Assembly: GCA_965206595.1 (NCBI GenBank)
Contig: OZ242214.1
Coordinates: 6,976,001 to 7,040,000, forward strand
Source: Candidatus Latescibacterota bacterium
GTDB taxonomy: Bacteria > Latescibacterota > UBA2968 > UBA8231
Length of the DNA stretch: 64,000 bases
Direction: 5' to 3'
Position numbers and translations under genes: made by a program. Each line of letters opens with the position of its first letter. The stretch's first letter is position 1. Positions 38,868 through 49,933 of the stretch are shown here, piece after piece. The notes beneath the pieces are model-generated. The model worked only from the letters and a program-made list of their open reading frames with translations. It had not been told where the DNA came from and searched no databases.

Positions 38868-39714
38868 TTACCGCAGCGATGCCTTGATACGTCCCCAGGT
38901 GACGGACTCGACGGCTGTATCCTGAGCGCGAAGCAGCACCCCGTCCAGGAAGCCATTAGCCTTGCCATTAAGAAGATCAAGATCATCTATGCGTTCAGCG
39001 TATATATCTACCGGAAGCCAGAATGGACCCATTCCGCGCTCTCTTCCGTCAGTATCGTTAACTATAATGGAAAAACCTATTACCTGGTGTGCAGACAGTT
39101 CGCTGAATTCGGTTTGGTCTACCTCATCCCACGCCCCCCACCAGTTATATGGTGTGACATACATCTCGATCACGCTGACGGTAGGATTTTCTCCGGCTGC
39201 TGTTCCCCCCGCATCCCCATAGGGAGGATAAACCTTCCACGAGTTAGGTAGCCCGCGGTCATACCAAATTGGGGAATGGCCCACTCTGATTTGGTTGTCC
39301 AACGTAGGGCCGCTTACTGTTTGAGCTATGACTGTGATCTGCATCAATATTGAAAAGTACACTGTCAAACAGAAGCACAGACGCGTTATTGTCCTCAGTA
39401 TAGTTATGTGTGTTGTTGTATTCGTCGTCTATAATGATGAAGGCCGCATAAATGCGATTCGACTCGTCATGCCAAGCCAGCCAAATGCGAAAATCCAGGT
39501 TGGATGGTTCGGGCGGGATCAGATTGCCCAAAGTCTGGAAATCCAGGAGGGTCATACTGGGCTCGCCGATCTCGTACCATTCGTCAATCAGCCCGTCATG
39601 CAAGTCGATCGTTCCCAGCATCTCATCCGTAAGCTCGTAGATGGGATACAGGCGATCCCCGCTGTGAGCTGAGGCCACGGCGGTCCATATGAGCAGTGCG
39701 ATCAGTTGTTTCAT
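38868..39714 (-). pseudogene. Divergent CBM9/DOMON-like family member with an internal deletion and frameshift near 39325
   Basis: MKQLIALL..AHSGDRLYPIYELTDEM..LDFRIWLAWHD..DADHS, then in another frame IAQTVSGPTLD..DTAVESVTWGRIKASLR. Confidence 0.8.
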
Positions 39715-40018
39715 TTTTGGTTTCCTTTCAAAAAACAAGTGGATGGCGTTCTCAAAGAGCTTCATCCACTTGTTGATAACCGCCACGAGAACCTGACCTC
39801 CATTTCCGTGAAACCATGGGGCCTTTCGTTCGTCCTGGATTGAAAGATCGCAACAGACAGGCGGCTCCGGTATCACCCGATCGGGTGAATCTGCGGAAAA
39901 ATGGCCGGTTTTTTTCCGAAACCGGCGCCGCCGGCGCAGGACTGTTTGCGGAATGGGTGCTGAAACCGGGGGGGGGGGGGGGGGGGATATAAGGGAGTGA
40001 CTGCCGCGACGAGGGCAG

Positions 40019-40237
40019 CTACAGCGAAGTGAGCCCTGTGCTGACCGCGTACTTGGTCAAGGCCGCTATGCCGTGCCGGTCGAGCTTCTTCACGATGTGC
40101 TTCCGGTGCGTGTGGACGGTGTGCTCGCTCAGGTTCAGTTGCCTGGCAATTTGCGGCGTCGTCAGGTCCTCGCTGATGAGCCGAACCACCTCGCGCTCGC
40201 GCGGGCTCAGCTCCGGATGGGCGACAAGGGCCTGCAC
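40019..40237 (-). CDS. Stand-alone or fragmentary LuxR/NarL C-terminal HTH
   Basis: LSPREREVVRLI...IARQLNLSEHTVHTHRKHIVKKL. Confidence 0.75.
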   Translation of the reverse strand: MQALVAHPELSPREREVVRLISEDLTTPQIARQLNLSEHTVHTHRKHIVKKLDRHGIAALTKYAVSTGLTSL

Positions 40238-40270
40238 CTGGTCCAGGGCCGCCCAGCCCGTCGCATCCTT

Positions 40271-40695
40271 TTAATCCAACAAACCCATCAGCCAATGGAA
40301 GAAAGGTTCCGGCCGGCTGGAGACAAAACAGAGGCTTCTACCATCGGGCGACCAGGACAGCTGCCAGTCACCTTCCCGGACCTGGGGAAGGCGCCTTATA
40401 CCGGTTCCATCAGCCGCCATGCCGTAAATCCCGCTGATTCCTTCCCGATCGGACACGAAGGCGATTTCTCTCGTGGAGGACCAGGCCGGGTTCCAGTCCT
40501 TTCTTCCGGGGTTGTGTGCTGGGCCCACAGGATGCGCCGGCCATCCGGCGACCACCGCGGCGAGGCCGCCCCGTATTCAGACAACCGCCGGACTTGGGTA
40601 CCGTCCAGAGAGGCGAGGTATACGCTGCCGCTAAGATCGTGCGCAGGGACACCGCCCGACCACAGAGGCAGCAGAACGAGCAAGCATCTTTTCAT
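40271..40695 (-). pseudogene. TolB-like/PD40-repeat secreted protein, frameshifted
   Basis: SPRWSPDGRRI, PAWS...IAFVSDR and LSWSPDG in two frames. Confidence 0.7.
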
Positions 40696-40901
40696 TTCGA
40701 CAACGATGCCTTTATGCGGCCCCAGGTATCGGATTCAACCGTGGCTTCCGACGAGTCAGCAGGTAAAAGCAGACCGTCCAGGAAAAAATCTGCCCGCCTA
40801 TGATTCAAGTCTATTATGGGATCTTCGGTTTGAATTGCTTCCGGGGTCAGGTATCTGACCTGGAAATCGTCAATGTCATACACCGCAATCCCGAACCCGA
40901 T
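40692..40901 (-). pseudogene. 3' remnant of another CBM9/DOMON-like family gene, cut by IS256
   Basis: IGFGIAVYDID...RADFFLDGLLLP...TVESDTWGRIKASLSK. Confidence 0.75.
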
Positions 40902-42213
40902 GGGAGCTACCTTCAAAAGGTGTGGAAAAAGAGAAAAGGCGACCCTAACCTTCCATTTTACAGTTCCAACCAAAACCGCCCGGTAGCCTCCGGGCACGGA
41001 AGGAGAGAGTCGCCATGAGAGAATCTACGCTGGAATCTGTAGCCCCGGCCATGCCCACGTTCGCCACGTTGGAGACCTGGGCCCGATCCTCGATCCAGGA
41101 TCTGTTGCAACGGGTTCCGGAGGAGGAGGTGACGGAGTTTCTGGGACGGACGCGCTACCGGCGACGGTCCGCCGTAGACGGCACTCCCGGCTCCCGCAAC
41201 GGGCACGGCAAACCGCGACAGGTGTCGTTGATGTCGGGCACCATCGAGGTGAGACGGCCGCGCGTTCGGGGATTGGAAGAGCGCTTCGAGAGTCGTATTC
41301 TGCCGCTGTTCATGCGCCGTACCCACGAGGTGACCCGGATGCTGCCCGAGCTCTACCTGCACGGGCTGTCTCAGGGTGACTTCGAACGGGCTTTGCGGGG
41401 GCTTTTGGGCAACGGCGCTCCCCTGTCGGCTTCGTCCATTGGCCGGCTGCGGGCGCAGTGGGAGGAGGAGCTGGAGACTTGGCGAGAGCGACGTCTCGAC
41501 GACCGCGAACTGGTGTATGCGTGGGCGGATGGCATCTACGTCAAGGCCGGGTTGGAGAAGGACAAGGCGGCCCTGCTGGTCGTCATCGGCGCCCTGAGTG
41601 ATGGCCGGAAAGAGGTACTGGCCGTGTGGCCCGGCCACCGCGAGTCGACGGAGTCCTGGCTGAAGGTCCTGCGCGACCTGCGCGATCGGGGTCTGCGGGC
41701 CCCGCTGCTGTTGATGGCCGACGGGGGCCTCCCAATTTGGAGCGCCACCGAACAGGTGTGGCCGCAGGCATCGCACCAGCGCTGCTGGAATCACAAGATC
41801 CTCAACGTGCTCGATGACCTGCCGAAGCGGGTTCAGGGAAAAGCGCGGGCGTTGTTGACGCAGATCCCTTCGGCGGAGACGCGCCAGGAGGCCGAGAACC
41901 GACGTAGCACGTTTGCCCGCCGCTACCGCGACCGGTATCCGCAGGCGGTAGCCACCCTCGAACGCGACTGGAAGCGCATGGTCACCTTCTACGACTTTCC
42001 CAGGGAGCACTGGAAACACCTGCGCACAACCAATCCGGTCGAGAGCCCCTTTGCGTCGCTACGCTTGAGGACCAATGCCGGAAAACGTTACAAACGCGTC
42101 CAGGGAGCAACCGCTCTGATTTGGCGCGTGTTGATGGTGGCAGAAAAACGCTTTCGAAAACTCAATGCGCCCGAATTACTGCCCCTCGTCTACGCCGGAC
42201 AACAATACCAGGT
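40902..42213 (+). mobile_element. IS256-family element (transposase from 41015), right end lost at the ISKra4 junction
   Basis: RNGHGKPR, LYLHGLS, WADGIY, QRCWNHK and RTTNPVES motifs; left-end position approximate. Confidence 0.85.
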
Positions 42214-43791
42214 GGGCGTCTTAAGTAATTGTCATAGCGCAATTCAGGTGGCGTATGTGTATATTTTACAGTAAGTTGCTTTCTTTTGCCGCATCCCCTG
42301 CGGCGCGCTCCCCTGATTTCAGAAAGAAGGGGAGCGATGAGTGCGATTCTCTCTCTGGAAGTTTTTCAGGAGCGGCAGAGTCAGGACCGCTTTCGAAGCC
42401 GGGCGCATGAAGCCTTGGACCAATGGCTGGATCGGGTGGAGGCGCAAATGAGCGCGCGCGGATCTTGTGCGCCGACGTTGATGGAGATCACCGCGGCGAT
42501 GTCTCAAGAGCGCTCCGGGCTCCCCGCGGCCTTGGTGGAAGCCTTCGTCGAACGCCGCCACGGCCATTTCCTGGCCCAGGAAGAGGCGGCCTGCCCCAAG
42601 TGCAAAGGCCTGCTGCGAGCGCGCCCGTCTCGCTCGCGCACGCAGGAGACGCTGCTCGGGCCGGTGACCTTGGAGCGTCCCTATTTCTACTGCGTTGGCT
42701 GTCAGTACGGGTTCTATCCGCTGGACGAAGCTCTCGGTCTGTCGGCGCAGCGCAAGCAGTGGGACGTGCAGCAGGCCGGGGTCAAGCTGGGGCTGGAGAT
42801 GCCCCACCGGCGCGCCGCCGAACTGTTGGACGAGCTCACCGACGCGTCGATGAGCGATTGTGTGATTCACGAGGTGCTGCAACAGACCGGGTCGTTGGAC
42901 GTGCTGCAGGTGTGTCCGGACGCGGCCGACATCCAGGATCGCATTGCGCACGCCGCCGCCGGTCGCAAGTGGCGGCCCATCGTGGTGTTGGCCATCGACT
43001 AAGGCCGACGTGCCCCGTCGTCCCCAGACCGCCAAAGGCACCCGTCCCGGACGCAAGAAGAGCCGGTCTCGGCGAAGGCGTTGGCAGGGGGAATACCACG
43101 AAGCCAAGGGCTTTCGCTTCTACCTGATAGACGATGAGCGCATCGAGCAGCTGATCTCCTGGCACCAGATGGGCAACGAACAGGCCTTCGGCGCGGCCTT
43201 GCGCCAGGTCAAGGAGGCGGGGCTGATCCCGGAGGATCAGGTGCGCTTGTGTGCCATCGGAGATGGCGCTCCGTGGATCTGGAAGGGGGTGGAAGAGCTG
43301 TTCCCCGGCGCCCGTCAGATCCTCGACTACTCCCATTGCAGCCGCTACCTGCACGCGGTGGCCGAGGCCCAATACGGCGCCGATGCGGCGCGTGCTGCCC
43401 ATTGGCTGGAAGCGACCTTGGCTTTGCCTGTTCTGCGGCGAGGGCACCGGCGTGGTCTGGGGGCTGCAGCGCATGCAGCCGCTCTCGGAAGAGGCCGGAG
43501 AGGCCATCGGCACGGCCTTGACCTACCTGCAAAAGCGACTGCACCAAGTCGATTTCGGCAGCCATCGCAAGGGGGGATACCCGATCGGGTCGGGGGCGAT
43601 CGAATCGGCGCATCGCTTCATCGGCCATGTTCGTCTGAAACGGTCGGGCGCTTGGTGGTATAAGGAAAACAGCAACGCCATTCTGGCCCTGCGCTGCGCC
43701 TTGTACAATGGAACGCTTGACCGGGTCTTTCAGCAGTACCGAGAAAACCTGAAAACAACCACCGAAACCGTAACAATCAGCTAAGACACCC
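42214..43791 (+). mobile_element. ISKra4-family element with a disrupted transposase
   Basis: Imperfect IRs GGGCGTCTTAAGTAATTGT / ACAATCAGCTAAGACACCC; CPKC, YFYC..C..G.YPLD, IGDGAPWIW and IGSGAIES motifs; stop/frameshifts near 43000 and 43425. Confidence 0.85.
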
Positions 43792-46503
43792 GGATCGAAC
43801 CATCGTCGATACCGCCCCTCCGACCGCAGAACAAATGAAGTTCCCTGGAACCACTGATAACCCAAACCGAACCCGGCGGAGTAATTGGAATAGCCGATAT
43901 CGAGAGGAGCACCAGAATGAGCCGTGACTGCCCAAGCGCCTAGTCCTAGCATGTAAGGGCCAGGCATCGAGTTGCTTTTCGGAAAGAACGCACTCCGACA
44001 TCCCAGATAGAAGGTGGTGTCGGACAAATCGTAATCATCATCGTCATCATACCCATAATCTATTGAAATTCGCCCAAAACTGAACTCGGGTCCGAGAGTT
44101 ACTTTCTCACTCGGAAACCACGAAACCGACAGCGATGGAACAATGGAGGGGAAATAGATAATTGGTGGAACTGGCACTCCGATCATCGTGACACTTCCGC
44201 CGTCAGAAGAAAGGCGGGAGAGCCCGAACAGGGTTCCGATCTCAACCTCTTGAGTCGGTGCTTTCCTGTCACTGTCAGTGTCCAAGCGCTGTTCCCTGGT
44301 GCCCAATCCAAAGATAAGGGAGAAATCATGAACCTCTCCCTCAAACTGCCGTCGATACTGTCCTTCCAGCCGCAGCGAAAAAGCAGGCCCCTGCCGCCAC
44401 TGATTGCCTAGGCCGAATCCGGCGATAAACTCAGTATGGGATCTTTCACCATGTTTTGTGACTCCTATAGCCCCCAGTCCCAGAATGTAGAGACCGGACA
44501 TTGAGCTGCCTTGCGGGAAAAATGCTCCCCGACCGGCAAGGTAGCTATAAGAAGCAACTTCACTATTTGAACTTCGTCCAATAGCGACTTCCGGGCCAAG
44601 TGCCAGCTGTTCAATGGGAGACCACGAAAGGTAAAGCGAAGAAATAGAAATATTGAGGCCACGGTAACCTGGACTCGGTACCCCGAGCACATTGGCGCTC
44701 CAGCCAATATCATGGGAAAGGTGGGAGAACCCGAACAGCGTTCCAACCTCAATTTTCGGAGAAAGACCAACCGGGACCTGACTATAGCCCCGCTGCGCTA
44801 GTGTCCTGTCGTGTAATTAACTGTACAAACAATTGAAGGTGCCGTAGGTTTCTCTTATCCCCTTTCTGAAAGGAGAGACCTATGGTGACGGGGCGTCCAT
44901 TACCGCCGTTAGAGCTGAGTCCGTCGGACCGGGAACGATTGGAATCGATGGCCAAATCCCGGAGCCTTTCCCACGGGTTGGTGCGGCGAGCCGAGATTAG
45001 TCTGCTGGCCGCAGAAGGCTGGCCCAATGAAGCCGTCGCCGCCGCCGTGGGTGTGACGCGTGCTACGGTCGGCAAGTGGCGCCGGCGCTTTCTCGAAAAC
45101 GGGCTCCAGGGCTTGCATGATGAGCTGCGCTCAGGGGCGCCACGATCGAGTACGGATGAACAGGTAGCCGAGGTGGTATACAAGACCCTGAAGACCAAGC
45201 CCAAAGACGAAACACAGTGGTCGGTGCGCTCCATGGGCGAAGAAACCGGCTTGACCAAGGACGCGGTTCATCGCATTTGGCGCACGTATGGTTTGCAGCC
45301 CCATCGACACAAGCACTTCACGCTTTCCACCGATCCTTTCTTTGTCGACAAAGTACGGGATATCGTCGGCTTGTACCTGAATCCCCCCGAGCACGCCCTG
45401 GTGCTGTGCGTCGACGAGAAGAGCCGGATCCAGGCGTTGGAACGAAGTCAGCCCATGCTGCCCCTGGGACTGGGATACGTGGAAGGGATTACGCACGATT
45501 ACAAGCGCCATGGCACCACCACCCTGTTCGCCGCCTTGGACGTAGCCACCGGGGAAGTGATGACCCAGTGCAAGCCCCGTCATCGTCACCAGGAGTTCCT
45601 TCAGTTCCTGCGCCACATCGAGGCCCACGTCCCCGCTGACCTCGATATTCATCTCGTCGTCGACAACTACGCCACGCATAAGCAGGCCAAGGTCAAGCGA
45701 TGGCTGGCACGGCGTCCCCGATTTCACGTTCACTACACCCCCACCTATGCTTCGTGGCTCAATCAGGTGGAGATCTGGTTCAATATCCTTACCCGCCAGG
45801 CGGTTCGGCGCGATTCGTTCCGCAAGGTGTCGGAGCTCATCGAGCGCATCGAACGCTACACGGCAAATGGAACGCCAACGCACACCCTTTCGTGTGGACG
45901 GCTACGGCCGATTCCATCCTCGCGAAAATCAAGAGACTTTGCGAACGAATCTCTGCGACACAACACTAGCCCGGAATCTGCTTTCGAACTGTGAAGGGCG
46001 GATCCAGGGGCAGGTGCATCGTCAGCCGCTTCGACCTCCCTGTCCTCGGTGGCACTGTCGCGATTCTCCGGTCCCTCGGTTGATGATTGCTCCTCGCGGA
46101 AAATCCTTTCGGTCGTGGGAATACCGATCCCCTCCACCTCCCTGCTGGAGCGCGATCCTACCAGGACCAGTGTTAGAATGCGGTCCAGCGCAATCTGCTC
46201 CCTCGGACCATCTCGTCCCCGGGAAAGGGTTAATGTCTCCGAGCCGCAGGCTTGAATGTAGCCTCGCGTGGTAAGCAGCTGTTCCCAATCCCCGGTGACA
46301 GGATTCGGCTCCCCCCGCCCATGGATGACCACTGCAAAGGCACCCACTTCAACCGTGCTGCCGTCGATCTCGCCGGCTTCCAGAATCGTCCCCGCCTGTA
46401 CCCTCTCGGCTGGATCACCGGCCGAATCCGCGTGCCCACGGTCTGCCGAGGCCGACAGAACTGCTGCGAGCAGGAAGCGGATCACTGTTTCGCGCAACGT
46501 CAT
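43792..46503 (-). pseudogene. Secreted protein with two beta-barrel-like repeats, split by IS630 and truncated by ISKra4
   Basis: Removing IS630 joins ...ADSGL|AQRGYSQVPVGLSPKIEVGTLFGFSHL in frame; repeated E.GTLFG.S.LS...LS.SW.P....LGPE...AGFGLG.QW..G..F.LR.EG.YRR.F. Confidence 0.75.
44801..45966 (+). mobile_element. IS630-family element (transposase from 44882, frameshift near 45865)
   Basis: TA duplication (44799-44800, 45967-45968) in CTAG context; IRs GTGTCCTGTCG / CGACACAACAC; [14 protein letters not shown] and SWLNQVE motifs. Confidence 0.9.
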
Positions 46504-46592
46504 CTCCACCCTGACCCTTGCATGAGACGAGATGAGAGAAATAAACCGGTTTCGAAAGTCCCGCCTCAGATGTCCCGGTGATGCCCTGGGGC

Positions 46593-48302
46593 TCAGGCGA
46601 AGTCGGATCGCCAGAGATGAACCGCCCGCGCAGCAAGGCGACTTTGACGCTCGTTCAGCAGCTCCGGGGTCCATTCCTCGGGGGCCATCTGCTGGATCTG
46701 CCGGGTGAGGGCATAGGTACTTCCCCCGTAGGCCTCCAGCTTGTCGCGATACCCGGCGTTGCCGACGCGCCGGTTAAGGGCCGACTCGAGCAGGGCAAGG
46801 TTTCCGAGCCGGTACGCCGAGGCTTCCCACATCGCGGGATCGAAGACCTTTCCCCATGCATCCGAGGGATTTTCCGGAAGGACGTGCTCGATGGTGCCGG
46901 GGTCGGTATCGGGATCGCAAGCTTTACCTGCCGCGTCCTGTTCAAGTCGAGCGAGGATATACCTGGCCAACTTCCTCTGCCTGCCGCTGGTCCCGACGGC
47001 CAGGCCGGCAAAATCCTGCCGCATCTTCTCATCCGCCACGTAGATCGGTCTCAGGCGCTCGAACACTTCGGCGGGAGTGGTCGCCGCTCCATCCTTGACA
47101 GGCTTTGCCGCCTCATGGAACGCGGCTTCCAGGGCGCTCGGGTTGAGGCCGCTGACCACCGTGTATCGAAATGACACCACGCTGACGACCCGCAATACGC
47201 GGACGAAGTCCCCGGGTGAGAACGATTCCCAGGCAGTAAACAACAGCGGCATCATCTGGCGTACGCGGAACAGGCTGAGCTCGCGGATGTAGGGCTTGGC
47301 GTCCGGCAGCTCCACCCAATAGGCATGGTTCGGATCGGAGACCGCAACGAACAGCTCGGCGCGCCTCTCGAGCTCCTCGAGCAGCTCGAATACGTCGTCA
47401 GGAGTCGTAGTCCGGTCTCGCACCAGCTTGAACAGCCGTTGGCTGCGCACCCTCGGCAGCTCACAGAGCAGGTGGTATCGAAGCAGCTCCGGGAACCGCT
47501 CCTGCTCCACGGTGTCGACGAGCCAGCGCCAGCGGCGCTGGAGCGCCTCGAGGTCGGCGGCGACGCGAACCCGCGAGAACAGATAGTTCTTCAGCAGGTC
47601 GGTGGTGGTCAGCTCCAGGCCGCGGGCATTGAGCGTCTCGAACACCGTGTAGGCGTTCAGTTCATCGTCGACCGTGATCAGTATGAACAGCAGTTGCCGC
47701 GCTATGGTTTCGGAGAGCAGACTCGCCAGGGCTCTCCCGTCCCGCTCCAGATCAGGCAGCTTTTGAAGGCGGTTCTTGAAGGTGCGAAAGCACTGCCACA
47801 GGAGCCGGTTCGATTTCGGCAAGCCCCTCGGGTTTCGCGGCTCCCTGATCTGTACCAGGTATTCCTGATAGAAGTCGTTGTCGGTCTCGTTCAGGTACAG
47901 CCGGCCGCTCTCGATGAGCGACGCCGGATCCTTTTCTCCGATAAATCGGTTGCGCAGCTCCTGCGCTCGTTCGCTGTTGGGGCTGGCATCGATCCCCCCG
48001 TCCGCCATGGTGCGCAGCTGGGCGATCACTGCCAGGGCCAGCACGCTTAGAGTGGCGAGCCGCTGCTGGCCGTCGATGATCAGGAACTCCCGGTCACCCC
48101 TCTCCTCCACCACCAGGGCGCCGAGATAGTGGCGTTCGTCCGGATCCTTGCGCAGATCCATCAGGTCGTTCCACAGGTCCTCCCATTGCTCCTCCGACCA
48201 GGAGTAGTCGCGCTGGTACGGAGGCACGCGATACTGTTTGCCGTTGCCGATCAACTCCAAGTAGTTGATCGTCCGCGTGTTCAATACGTTGCTTCTCGCC
48301 AT
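46593..48302 (-). CDS. GmrSD-like fused DUF262-DUF1524 (type IV, modification-dependent restriction) protein
   Basis: VPPYQRDYSW, IIDGQQRL, VFETLNARG; C-terminal TIEHVLP...RLGNL..L...LN. Confidence 0.85.
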   Translation of the reverse strand: MARSNVLNTRTINYLELIGNGKQYRVPPYQRDYSWSEEQWEDLWNDLMDLRKDPDERHYLGALVVEERGDREFLIIDGQQRLATLSVLALAVIAQLRTMADGGIDASPNSERAQELRNRFIGEKDPASLIESGRLYLNETDNDFYQEYLVQIREPRNPRGLPKSNRLLWQCFRTFKNRLQKLPDLERDGRALASLLSETIARQLLFILITVDDELNAYTVFETLNARGLELTTTDLLKNYLFSRVRVAADLEALQRRWRWLVDTVEQERFPELLRYHLLCELPRVRSQRLFKLVRDRTTTPDDVFELLEELERRAELFVAVSDPNHAYWVELPDAKPYIRELSLFRVRQMMPLLFTAWESFSPGDFVRVLRVVSVVSFRYTVVSGLNPSALEAAFHEAAKPVKDGAATTPAEVFERLRPIYVADEKMRQDFAGLAVGTSGRQRKLARYILARLEQDAAGKACDPDTDPGTIEHVLPENPSDAWGKVFDPAMWEASAYRLGNLALLESALNRRVGNAGYRDKLEAYGGSTYALTRQIQQMAPEEWTPELLNERQSRLAARAVHLWRSDFA

Positions 48303-48399
48303 CGCTGGTTTGGGAGGGCCTTGGGTGTCAGGATGTATCAGGAAAGATAAGGCACTTTTTGGAGCCTCTTTCTAAGGAACCCGGGGCAAGGGCCAGGGC

Positions 48400-48687
48400 A
48401 GCCGTCGGCAACATCAAGGTGCTGATCATGAGCCGCGCCACCTACGACTGGTCCGACGAGCAGTTCCGCGCCGTCGGCATCGACCCGGCCGCGGCGAAGT
48501 TCATCGTCGCCAAAAACCCGATGAACTACCGCCTCGCCTACGGGGGGATCGCCAGGGGAATGATCGTTCTCGACACCCGGGGCCGACTCCGGCGACCCTC
48601 AGGCACGTGCGGTTCAGGAAATTGAAGCGCCCTTACTTCCCCGCGGACCCCGAGGCGCCTGGGATGGAGCCCACAATTCTCAGCTGA
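48400..48687 (+). pseudogene. C-terminal remnant of an MlrC/M81-like protein
   Basis: FRAVGIDP....IVAK...Y and DT.G...RPYFP motifs; no N-terminal part, frameshifted. Confidence 0.55.
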
Positions 48688-49043
48688 GAAGGGTCTGCGT
48701 CAGGTATTGCGGAGGGTAACTGGTGGAGAGCAACGCCGGTTTCACAGGGGGCATCCGTTAAGGCGCTGCAAGGAAGCGCTTCGGGCAGAGTGGCCGGCCG
48801 GGGAGAACTCGAGGCGGCGACCTCCTGCCCTGTTGGGACGCCGCAACTTCGGATGTCAGGATAAAATCAGGCCCAGTTTCGGCCATCGGTTCGGTTACAT
48901 CGGCACGACCGGAGCCGTGCGTCTGGGTATCCGTTTCTGAAAATGAACGCAAAAAAACGCCGGTACCTGCCCGGAGGGGCAAGTACCGGCTGAAGCGATC
49001 GCGAAGGTAGTCCCGGATCAATCCGGCGGAGCCGGAAGCATGC

Positions 49044-49685
49044 TCACTGACGCCAATTCGCTTTCAGACCCCCCCAGGTCGTCCCGGCCACGGCAGTGTC
49101 GGCGTCGACGCGCTGGAATTGCATGGTCTCTTCTCCCCCGTCCTCCGTGGGAGAGGTGATGGACAGGGTGTCACCCTCGATGGCGTAGGTCACGTCCTGC
49201 TCGGAAAATCCGGCGAGGAACTGGTCCTCGTCCATCCCGGCGAGGAACTCGTCGACAAAGTTCTGCTCGAAGGCCGGGTAGTCCTCCTCGGAGACTCCGG
49301 CAAAGTCCGCTGCAAAACGGGCCAGGGCGCGGGCGACCTCGGCGAGGACCTCGAAGAAGTCCCGGTCGCCGACGCGTATTTCCACCTCGGTGATGTCGAC
49401 CGAGAGCTTGTCGCCGTCGACCTCGTAGGTGCCGATGCCCTGGATGGTGACCTCCTCCACGGGTATTTCCGTGTTTTCGACAACGGACTGGAAGTCTTCT
49501 CCCAGCTCGACGACCTGGTTGAGCTCGAAGGCGCCATCCTCCTCAAAGGACAGGCGCATGGTGATCGCGTTGCCTTCCTCGTCCACGAAGCTCCCCTCCC
49601 AGGTGCCCTGGAGGGCCTCTTCCTGGGCGGAGAGGGGTAGGACGAGAAGGCCGAGGAAAACGAGTGATGACAGGATCCGGCGCAT
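49044..49685 (-). CDS. Acidic secreted hypothetical protein with a C-terminal TAVAGTTWGGLK tail
   Basis: AGGAGG RBS; signal peptide MRRILSSLVFLGLLVLPLSA; LQGTW start of a beta-rich domain. Confidence 0.75.
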   Translation of the reverse strand: MRRILSSLVFLGLLVLPLSAQEEALQGTWEGSFVDEEGNAITMRLSFEEDGAFELNQVVELGEDFQSVVENTEIPVEEVTIQGIGTYEVDGDKLSVDITEVEIRVGDRDFFEVLAEVARALARFAADFAGVSEEDYPAFEQNFVDEFLAGMDEDQFLAGFSEQDVTYAIEGDTLSITSPTEDGGEETMQFQRVDADTAVAGTTWGGLKANWRQ

Positions 49686-49933
49686 GAGGCACCTCCTGGT
49701 TTGTTGGTGAATGAAAAGGGCAATGTCGGCGAACTGCATTTCACTTCCGCGATTTTCAACCGTCGGACCTTATAAATCTACGACGTATCCATCGGTTATG
49801 GGTTCCTCGGTCATTCGCCGAACGCGGTTGAGCCCTTGGGCGGCGGCAACCACGGATTCATGCGGCTTTGTCTCAGTCGTGAGCTTCCTTGTCGCGTCCG
49901 ATACATGGCGGACATGATTCTGCGCGCCGGCTC

